DNA of 64,000 nucleotides from Amoebidium appalachense (Eukaryota > Protista > Ichthyosporea), in assembly GCA_963693365.1 (NCBI GenBank), contig CAVNZM010000016.1, positions 7,237,029 through 7,301,028 of the forward strand. Reading direction: 5' to 3'. Position numbers and translations under genes: made by a program. The first letter of the stretch is position 1; every line of letters starts with the position of its first letter. Below, in pieces: positions 22,181 through 64,000 of this stretch. The notes beneath the pieces are model-generated. The model worked only from the letters and a program-made list of their open reading frames with translations. It ran no database searches and was not told the origin of the DNA.

Positions 22181-24010
22181 TGGTGGGTGGGGCACGGTCG
22201 CGCACTGGGGACACATGTGTGCCACACCGTACACAACATGACCCGCGATACTGAGGGTACTGCAGGCTCATATACCACCCAGACCGTCCCGTCACCTGGT
22301 CGCCGCGTCCGCCAATAGAAGTTGGGCTGTGGCCGGACAGCCAATAGAATTACACCACGTATTTACCAATGATATTGTAAAGCCACGTCCAGCCAATAGA
22401 TTTTGCCCGCTTTTATGTATGACCAAATAAGGAGTTGACAACAAATACAATCTGCATAACCTACGAGCGAAGTAATTCAATGAGATGGAAATCGTACAAA
22501 CTGAATGACAAGACATACCTAATGAGAAATCAACCAAATGTTGTGCACGAAGGGAACAGAAGCTATGCATGCGGGTCATGCAAGACAATACATCTTGCAA
22601 TAAACCATGAGCACAAGGTATGCTATCGCGACAAGCCGGTATGCACCCCCTGGGAAGTTCAACGAGTGCACTTGCGCATCTCTCAACGACTTTAGGTTTG
22701 GGGGGAGAGGGGGGGGGGGGGGGGAGAGAGAGAGAGAGAGAGAGAGAGTAAGAGAGAGAGAGAGAGAGAGAGAGAGTAAGAGAGAGAGAGCCAACCTACG
22801 TGCACGTGTGTGTGTGTGTGTGTGTATGTGTGTATGTGTGTGTGTGTGTATATGTGTGTATGCCTGTGATGATGTGTGTGTGTGTATCTGTGTGTGTGTG
22901 TGTAAATACATTTTTGTAGTTTAATTTGTTTTAATGTGTGTGGGTCGAACTCTGACGGTCACCGTCGGACGGTCGTGATGTCACGGTGAGTAGTAGTGCA
23001 TGTGGTGGTGCTGGTGGTGCCACTGGGCAGGTGCACGTGCATGTGTTTGCCAGTGGGTGAGGTGGGGGGGGGGGGGGGGGGGAAGGCGGAGCACGTGAGG
23101 GGCGGAGGGGGGTGGGAACGGGGAGGCGGGGCCTGGGGGGAGAGAGGGGGGGGGAGGGGGGGGGGGGAAGGGGGAGGGGCAGGCCGGCCGGGACTCGGGG
23201 TGTTAACGTTCACTTTGGAGTGATGAAAGTTTCACCACGTTACTGATACTCTATAGATCTGTCATGATGCCGGGCTGCCTATGTGGCTTCCTACAGCAAA
23301 CGTCATCGGAGAGCAAGAAGTAGACTTTGCCTTTCAAAATTCTCCTTTAGCCCTGGACGAATAGCTGCGTTCAAACGTGGACGGTGCCCCATACACGAGA
23401 GCACGGAGTTTGCTCTTTCCCAAGCTCAAGCTTTCTGTCACTTGAAACTCTTTAAGGTCGAAAAACGAAAGGCCTCCTCAGAGTTCCGAATCCAGCACAA
23501 GCTTGCCTATAAGCTCATGTCACCATCACTCTGTAGCACACACACCACCACTTCTTGCACCAGTTTTGAACATGAACAAGGAGCTTGCTTGCAGGCCACT
23601 TACAGGGCACACACTCAATGAAGTTCCTGACCTTCACGACAGCAATGCCCCATAAAAATTTGTTTACCCTGCATGACAGCTTACTAAGTTTATTCCTATC
23701 ACGGTGTTGGGAAACGTTAACGAGCCACGACACTATGTATGTAGCTACGTTTGGGGCAAGCCTGGTGACTGAAAAAAAAGTGTAAAGTACTGTATAAAAC
23801 TCAACATCAGCCGTCAATCCGCCCAGTTGGTGCCATGTTATAACTGCCAGAACGTCAATTGAAAGTTGAATTGCACTGTTCAGGTCATAGGAGACTTCGA
23901 GACTGTTGTTGTTTTGAACCACATAAAACATATGTAGTGTGATAAGCCTTTAGAAGTTCTATAATATTACCAAGTTAGGTTTTGCGCTGCACACACATCA
24001 CAAGGCAAAC

Positions 24011-25044
24011 ATGGCGCTCAGTAACCATTTCAAATCTGCCAGAGCCTCTTTTGAGACACTCATGGCTGCCTTTGCAAAAGAAAAACGTGCGCTAGAGAAG
24101 GAGAAAGAGCAGTGGGCAAGCATGGAGCTTAAGCTTGACACCAGCAACCTGCAAGACCCCATCACCCTCAACGTGGGGGGCACCCATTTTGCCCTCACCC
24201 TCAAGGACCTGACCAGCAAGGAGGGCTCGCACTTTTCCGCCATGTTTTCGGGCCGCTGGGCAGCAAAAGTGGATAAGAACGGAGCATTTTTCATCAACAG
24301 AAGCCCCGTAGTTTTTCACTATGTAGCAGACCAACACCTGCGCGGAGGGAAGACCCCTAGGGCCTGTAGACCTCCTTTCGCCTCTGGAAAAGAAACGGCT
24401 AAAGGCAGACGCAGAGTTTTACCGTTTGGATGCGCTGGCAAAGAAGGTTGCTGGTCCCGGTGAGGCCACAGAGCCTGGCAAAAGTATTGTAGGGGAATTG
24501 AAGTTCATGTCTGAGGGTACTACTTCACGACAGAGAGCTTTCAAAGAAACACCGAAAGGCTACAAAGTCGTTTTTTGGCACGTATTTTTATGCCGAAAAC
24601 TGTACGATTGTAGGTCCGGATATGGTGTGGCCTTCCTCTGGCCGAGCCGAAGTTCGTGTGAAATACGAATACAGTGGGTCAGCCAACAAGGCAATGATAG
24701 GCATAGCACCGTCAAGGAGGGTTAATTGTTGCTGCTGCAAAGGCCGGCACTAACATACTTCGTGGCTCCCTGCTCAACAAATGCACATGTGGGTGGTTTC
24801 TGTGTGTACGTCCTACACAGCGAAGAAGGGCTAGAAGGTGAAGCATACACACGAAGGGCAGTGCCCAATGGTGCCATGGTGGGAATTCGTCTGCACAGTG
24901 ACGGGAAGGTTTCGTTTGCAGTCGACGGGATGGACTATGGCGCGGCATAGTAGTATTCCTGCTGGGTTGCAGTGCAGGGTGGCTGTGGTTCCCTGTTATC
25001 GAGGTGCTAGTGTGGAACCATTGCGGGACTCGGACTGTGAGTGA
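24011..25044 (+). pseudogene. Intronless KCTD-type BTB/POZ protein with a C-terminal SPRY/NHR-like beta domain, disrupted by frameshifts and stops
   Basis: PITLNVGGTHF..TL..LT...SHFSAMFSGRW...DKNGAFFINRSPVVFHYV..HLRG, continued in another frame by LKADAEFYRLDAL; later GAMVGIRLHSDGKVSFAVDGMDYG; stops at 24723 and 24948. Confidence 0.8.
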
Positions 25045-25765
25045 GAAAGTGACTCCGAACCACAAGCCCTGGCACAGGCACGTCTCTACACTAGCAAATA
25101 GCATTGCTAGCACATGTACAGTGGGTTTGTTGAATTTTTCACTGCCAGTGCGTGTATGTACACCGTCTGTAGTTGTTACAGTATTCCTGTTCAAGTTTTT
25201 GTGTTCATCCGGAATGATTGTGTTCGATATGCCGGATAACATTTATATGTAGTTTAAAAGATGTTTCACAGATTGACATCATGAGAATTATCATAACGGT
25301 GAACTCGAAGGTTACCTATACGAGTAGGAATGAGGGCCTACAAGTCACATGTGTATAGTTTTATGGGCTCAGTACCAGCATGTTTTCTCCTGGTTAGTAA
25401 TAGGCAGGTGCAAGTAGGCCCCTGCAGAGCTCGAGCCTCAGGGTAAATTTATCAGAGTCACATGTACACGAACCTTTTACACGAGGTGAATAATTATAAT
25501 TGGGCACAAAAAGTCTTCCTGACTGACCGGCACAAGAACAGGGAACTTGTTGAGCAATGCGATTTTTTTCGGACGTGTACTCAATGCTCGAACAACTTGG
25601 CTTGGCCTTGTTAAACGGTTTACCCTGCAAGAAATATTACGAGATACTGTATATCTACTCGCCGACGGTCTCAACAGACTGTACCGTGTATCATAGTCAA
25701 AAGTATTACCAACTATACTGAGTATAGAACTCTTACTAAGCCTCGGCCCTGGGAACCCCAACGGA

Positions 25766-25804
<39 letters not shown>

Positions 25805-27499
25805 CCTCCTCCCCCCACACATTACACAATTCAATTCATTGAACCGTAAAATATCCTGTGCAAAAACTGTAGCTATTTCTCCTGGCCATGGCATATGCAG
25901 AAACTTCATGAAACGGACGCAGGACTCATCATGATAAGTTTGGGCCCGTGTGTGTATACGTGATGTGGGTGTTGTGTGTGTCCAAAGCACACGAAAAGAG
26001 CTGGTGTGGTCGTTAAGTTGAACACACGTATGTTGCTCTCCGATTAGGGCTTTGTTCCCGTATCCTAGCTCTTTCGTGCTCAACCTGCAGCATTCCGGTC
26101 ACAGAACCTCACACGGCCGCAACTCTATAGCAGCAGAGTCATTTCCTGCAGTTTTTATCACCAATAGCATGAAAGAGTCAGTCCAAAAGGAAACCAGTTA
26201 TCATCAGCTACAGAAAATATACAGGAGCTTGGAATAGTGATCACGGTAATGCCGTGGTGACATGATCATAACATTGTTTCCAGCCTCGGTCGGAGGATGG
26301 GTTTTTCCCAGCCTCGGTCGGAGGCTGGGTTATAGAAGATAGAGAGGGGTATGGGGGGAGGAAGGACTGAGCTGTTTGCCGGCAATCAGCTATGTAGCAG
26401 AATAGATGGTGGGGACCTCCAATCAGGTGCGTTAATCTAACCGGATCTAGGAGAGTGGCGTTCCTTTTTGGACCTCTTGGCCAATTAAAAAGCTAGGAAA
26501 AAAAGCAAAGCCTTACAGGGCTAAAGTTCCTGGTGACATTAATCGAAAACAGCATTGTGTGATTGGTGCACTGAAAGTTAGATCACCTGTCAACAATCGT
26601 AGATTGCTGATTCGCCATCGGGATTTTGATTGAATTAAATCATAGAAAACGCAGGCGCATGGATCTATAAAACATGTGATCGTCTGCCAATCACCTATTC
26701 TACCGCGATCTGGAGCGATGTATTCCGCATCGTGACGCTATTGCACGAGATCGCCATCGATCAAAGATACCAGATAGTTCTGGCGAGGCGAGCGAAGCGA
26801 GCCGCGCCGGGGCGAACGCCGAGCCGAGCGCAAGCGAGGCTCGGCAGTGAGCCCGGACGACCGAGGCTGGGCCCACAGTAGCCATTGAGCTCATTTATGC
26901 CAAACGTCAGAATTCGAAAGCCGCAAGGATGGTGCGTCACCGTGCGTGTGAAAAACAAGGTTTTAAAATGGTCACCCATTGGTGTTAATTAATTTTAATA
27001 ATTATACAATAGATCTGATTAGTTTTAGACACGTGACGACGGCCGATCTGGGTCAAGGCGTTTCTCCCGCCCACCAGAGCGCTCGAGCCCACAGTTTGCA
27101 TGCATGAGCTCAGACGGATAAGCGTTTTCTTCTGTATTTTCTGCGTTCGAACGGCTTTTTAGGTGAGTGGCACAACAGGTTTCATTAGCTTTTACAAGAA
27201 AAAACTGCTCGTTGCTGAAGCGTTGTGAAGGTGTTAATTAGTTGAATCAGCCGTTGAATGGAGTTGTTGAGAGAATTCTGGTGACGTGCCAAGAAGCCTA
27301 CGAAGTTGTTCCTATAGCTACTTGAGCGTGTTTGTTACGGGTCGTATTAGGGAAATGACCAGCACAAGCTGAAAGGAATAATGGTACGCTTTTTATATGG
27401 CTATGCAACGGCGTCTAATGACTTTTGACCTCGGCGGTCTGAAATACATCTACTCAAGTGTGACCACGGTCTGACTTTTTTTTTTCTTTTTCGCCGCAG

Positions 27500-28059
27500 G
27501 GTTTTTTCTGGGGGTGTGGGGCTGCCCTTTGCTGGGCCTTCTGCTGCTGCTTTCTTTCATGTCCCCGACGTCCGTGTGGTCGGCCTTGGTCCAAGTCCCT
27601 CCACGAGCGCAGGACGGGGAGACCTCCGCCTTGGTAAGTGCTCATGTTTCTACCAGGCGGGGCGCACGTATCCTGGGGATACAAAGGCTTGTGGCCGTGT
27701 AGTTGTTATGAAGCTGAACTGAGATATTGGTCTTGGTTCTTTTTCCCCCCCGGCTACAGTTGGTTTTCTCAAGTCTTTTGCAGCGGCAGCATTTTGCTAT
27801 TACGTTTTTTGGTCGTAGGCAACTGTTAAGTTCTTCAAGGAACAAATGAATAACCACAGGTTGATCGTTGTTCATCTTGCAAATTTTGCAGGCAGTGCAT
27901 CCGTAAGCTCTTTACAAATTTATCAGGTTCATATACCTGGATAGAGAACACATGTTCTGATATTTTTTTGTTTTCCACATCAGGGGGGAAGCCATTCCAA
28001 GGCCTACTGCGCCCACCACCACTCCCTATACCACGACCAGCTCGACTTCAACTTCGTAG
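27500..28059 (+). promoter_or_regulatory. Spliced 5' leader of the ODC-like gene with upstream ORFs, one encoding ...RRTGRPPPW across the 27633/27984 junction
   Basis: Strong acceptor (polyT-CCGCAG, 27499), donor TG|GTAAGT (27634) and acceptor CATCAG (27983). Codons cct ccg cct tg|g. A second frame has AUG at 27559 and ends at TGA 28077-28079. Confidence 0.55.
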
Positions 28060-28101
28060 CCTTCTCCGACATAAGCTGAGGCCTGACTCATCACGATGTG
28101 C

Positions 28102-30445
28102 ATGGCCACCCCTCGTCTTCTCTCTGATGTATCGTTGTGGGAAGAGCAGCTGTTTTTCCCCTCTGATGACCTGGATAGCAATAGGCAACATGGCACTGTT
28201 CGCGACACCCTGTCCACCCTCCTTGCCGACACTGTGGCCACGTCAAGCACCGGCCAGTCTGTGTTTATGATCGACCTCGGCGTGGTGGCCGAAAACATCG
28301 ACACCTGGGCTGCAAAGGTGTGTGCACGAATTGGCGGCTGGGATGTGGATGGTCTCCTATGACGGTGGTGTGCTTGGATGCTTGTGGGTTGATTATTATT
28401 AAAGTATTTACGCAAAAGTTTTGTGTGCATGTGCAGGAAGATTTTGAGTAGTAATTACTGTGTGCTTTGTTGGTTTACACGTGAACAGCTACTGATGTTT
28501 CTTTCTGCAGGCGCTCGGTGCCTCTGTAGTGTACTGCGGAGGCAGCAACCAGGACCAGGTGCTGCTGTCTGCTCTCCTCCACCTGGGTGCTAACCTGGCA
28601 GGCGCCAGCAGGGTATGTGGAATTTTTGTCTTTTTTCTCTCTTTCCTTCCTTCTTCTGGAGGATTTATTAAATATTATTTGTTTAGTTATGATGAGCAGG
28701 TTTTATGGTCATGCTGTGTGATATAGAGGATAAAAAGTCTTTTAAGGATTAAGTTTTATCCTCAACAACATCCAATCGTCGTCTTCTTCTTCTTCTTCTT
28801 TTTTTTTTTTGTAAGTGTTCGGCGGCCGTGATGTCCAAAATAACGAGGCATTTGTCTGAACTGCGGTGTGAAGATTCGTTACCACACTGAGCCGCCACAA
28901 ACCTTTACCCCCCCTCTCCACATACCATATTTGGCTATGGGCACTGACCCCTGATTGGTCCACACAGGGTGAGCTCCAATCCGCCCTTGATTGCGGTGCC
29001 GACCCTTCCCAGCTCCTTTTCTGTGGGCCCGCAAAGACAAACAACGACCTGCGCTGGGCCCAGGAAGTGGGCATTGGCAACGCGGTCGTGACGTCACTGC
29101 TCGAGCTCACCCGCCTGGCATCTTCCGCACCCACCCTCCCTCTCCTTCTCGAAGTTTCCGCCGCACACCCCCAATCGTCCTTTCCCCTTTTTGCAGCGGC
29201 ACAAGCACACGGGCTGCGTGTTGGGGGTGTGGTGGTTACCACGGAGCCCACCACCACCCCTGCCGTGTGCCTGGAAGCAGTGAGCCAAGCAACAAACTGT
29301 GCACAGGCACACGGGCACGTGCTCAGCACCGTGCACGTGGTGTGCACCGACCCCACCGTGCATGCATGTGCCACCCTTGTGGGTGCACTGTGCCCGCCCC
29401 TCTCTGCGCTCTCTCTCTCGATCTGCGGCTGGCTGGGCCCTGCCGTGGCCTCGGAGGCTTACGCCCTGGCTGTGGCTGTCGTCGACCCCCCGGTAGGTGC
29501 CCTAACAATTAAGCCGGCTTTTCCCCGTGGTGTCTTTATCTGACATGGTGTCTTTATCTGACAAGGGAGTAGTGTGTGGAAAGGAGATCGCAGCAGATAT
29601 GGGAAAAGCCATTTTCCCATGGGAAGTAGAACCGACAATAGATTAGATCATGTCCCAAGGTGCTGACATGTATCACAAAGAAGACATGGTAAACGTTTTG
29701 TTGGCTGTGTTTGAAGGATGTAGCATGGGTGGGCAAATGAATGCATGGGACCGTAGATGGGCACGTGATATTCGCTATGCTGTTTCCTGACGTCATGTGT
29801 GTAGGCGCAGGCCAGTGGCTACGACAGCGAGGACTCAGCCATTGGCTGGGAGCCAGCCTGCACCCCACCACGTGTGCAGCACGTGCCTGGCCAACAGACG
29901 TGCACCATCAGCGGTACGTGCTGTGTGTTTGGGGGGGGGGGGGGGGAAGAGAGAGAGAGAGGCCAACAGAGAGACGTGTGTAGCTAGGGGGATAGTTTCT
30001 GTTGTGTTGGCAAGTTTCTGTTTTTGGCACTTACACATTCACATTTCGATACAACAGTATGGCAGTATGGGGTTTGTGCACCTGCACACATGCTGACAAT
30101 CTTTCCCCCCCAGACGGTGTGTACGGCACGTTCAGCCACGTGCTCTTCAACGGTCCCCACCCACCCCCCTCAGTGCTGCAGCGCAAGGCCAGCAGCCCCA
30201 CCCTGCAGCCCACCACCCTTCTAGGCCCTTCTGGCGACACCCTTGACACGGTCTGCACACACGTGGCCCTGCCCGAGCTGGAAACTGGGGACTGGCTTGT
30301 GTTCTTTGGCATGGGATCATGTGCGGTCAGTGACCCCACACCCCTCAACGGTTACACGGCACCTAGACGGCTGTATGTGAATAGCATGTGGGCTAGCAGG
30401 GATGTGCTGGGTCTGGATATGGTCCCTGCCGAGCTAGTGCACTGA
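28102..30445 (+). CDS. Ornithine decarboxylase homologue lacking catalytic residues (antizyme-inhibitor-like pseudo-enzyme), ~427 aa. Exons 28102-28317, 28511-28612, 28968-29492, 29805-29913, 30114-30445
   Basis: VFMIDLGVV, GASRGEL, GPAKT, AYALAVAVV, SDGVYGTFS, LLGPSGDTLD, LPELETGDWLVFFGMG and LNGY align with ODC. All four introns are GT-AG and in phase, with no internal stops. Confidence 0.88.
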
Positions 30446-30854
30446 TGCACTGTTTGATGTATGTTGTGTGTGCCTGGGCTGGTCCTGGTGCAGTAATAAA
30501 CATCTGGCAATGGTATGTGTGTGCATGAATGATAATGTGATGGGTGTCGACGTCAAGAATGTGCCAAGGCGATTGTGCCCCCCCCCCCTCCCCTTGGGTC
30601 GAGGGCTCCCTGAGGTTGCATGTGGAGGTCTGAGGTTCGGAACACGTACGTTGGGTGGAGCTGATGATGGCACACTCAACTCTGCAAACGAGCACAAGTG
30701 CATGCAGGTGGCCGTATGCATGATGGCACCACGTACGCATACATTACAACGCGCTACATGTTGCATGCCCTGGGCCTGTTATAAATGCTGCCGTGGTTAC
30801 TTGAAACCAACATGCATGCGCTGCACATGGATGCGTGTTTCATGGGTGCCGGCT

Positions 30855-31015
30855 TGCACATGTCTGTGTGTGTTTGCTTGATCATGATGCATGCCCTGCA
30901 CATGTCAGACTCTGTACATGTGTGTGTTTGCTTGATGCATGCCCTGCACATGTCAGACTCTGTACATGTGTGTGTTTGCTTGCATACCCTGCACATGTCT
31001 GTGTGTGTTTGCTTC
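30855..31015. repeat. ~48-bp minisatellite (~3 copies) between the convergent gene 3' ends
   Basis: Unit tgcacatgtcagactctgtacatgtgtgtgtttgcttgatgcatgccc. Confidence 0.8.
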
Positions 31016-31443
31016 AACATACATGCACAAGCTGTGTGTTGTTACACAGGATATATATCGATGGACGCACGTGCCCGTGCCTGCGGATTCAGTGTACATG
31101 TTATTACGTGGGTACCGGTAACGGCCTTGGTTTCCAAAGTTGCATGGCCATGTGTGCAATATATATATATATATTTTTTTTAAAAAAAACCCCCGAGTAT
31201 ACGTATACGTATATTTATTGCACGAGCTGTGCCAGGGGCAGCCGGTGCCCCTTTGTCTCTTTGTACAAATTTAAATCTGCACACCATATGAACACATGCA
31301 GGAATAGGATAAGTCATGCATTGTTTGCGCCGTCTAAAGGAATCCGAAGCCTCCAAAGCTTCAAAAATTTCTTTCCCTTTCACACCCACGCACTCTCATG
31401 TAAGCTACCCAATATATCACCCACACACACAAACACATATCCC

Positions 31444-63379
<31,936 letters not shown>

Positions 63380-64000
63380 GCTGGGAATAGGGGTGGGTAG
63401 CCCACCCTGTGGTGCTGACGCCTAATGCTATACAAGCCCTCGCCTACACTGTGCCTAACCACGCATGAATATATTACTCTTCAGACGTCTTCGAGACACC
63501 AGCAAACGTGTTTGGACAAGGGAGCGACACTGCTGGTCATGACTGTTTGCGCAGTTCCAAAGCTGGATGTTGGAACCCGATCTCAAACATTCGATTAGCC
63601 GATTGACCATTATTATTGGCTCATACATTTTTGGCGGGAGAGACAAGGCCTTGAAGCAAGATCAACGCGTTTCATATTCTTTCACGGTGCACACTGCACA
63701 CAGCACCCTTCGTTCTTCAGTCCAAGCGTGTACTGAAAATAACTGGGCACATTCATAAGCTACGTAACATCAAATACATGGATAAAATCGTTCTATGTAA
63801 TTCATTTTCTTTTACATTCAGCATATACAGCACTACACATTCGCGCAGCCTACTCTACACAAGGCAACACCTCTCGTCCCCCTCATAAATTCATACTTCC
63901 TATCTCATATCTCGGTCAAGTAACCCTCACAGAGCGGCCTTAGTGCAAGCGCATTGTTCTGCAGCACCCCAAACTTCTTCTCTTTAACGTAGTGTATGGC

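Noticed and set aside
23283-23560. Possible decayed coding fragment upstream of the BTB pseudogene
   Set aside because: Stops in the candidate frames and no identifiable family.
25500-26110. Protein-like stretches (e.g. ELVEQCDFFGRVLNART...)
   Set aside because: No start or splice structure and no homology recognisable by eye.
28071-28101. Antizyme-style +1 frameshift from the AUG uORF (AGC-TGA-G) into the ODC-like frame
   Set aside because: The +1 frame meets TGA at 28084-28086 before the main ATG.

Overview
Intron-rich, microsatellite/homopolymer-rich eukaryotic (probably protist) genomic DNA. Left to right: (1) the 3' part of a DHHC palmitoyltransferase gene (+, <18-8623) with an AT-AC U12-type (minor spliceosome) intron and a decayed Penelope-like (Naiad/Chlamys-type) retroelement in one intron; (2) a pair of genes with uninterrupted coding sequence for phosphate/polyphosphate handling: an SPX + Pho87/90/91-type transporter (10641-12776) and an SPX-less VTC4-like polyphosphate polymerase (16197-17693), followed by a decayed tandem copy of the VTC 3' end that folds back into a ~500 bp palindrome; (3) a frameshifted BTB-domain pseudogene; (4) an intact, spliced ornithine-decarboxylase homologue that has lost the catalytic residues (pseudo-enzyme) and has a spliced 5' leader encoding a PPPW peptide, a candidate polyamine-sensing regulatory module; (5) a ~32 kb, roughly 50-exon Tpr/Mlp1/NUA nuclear-basket gene on the minus strand (63379-31444) whose introns hold a tRNA-Asp(GTC), TTAA-flanked MITEs and many minisatellites built from splice-site-proximal sequence. 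Most ORF-track entries are artefacts of (CA)n, (GA)n and poly-C/G tracts. All exon models were assembled by eye and need transcript support.
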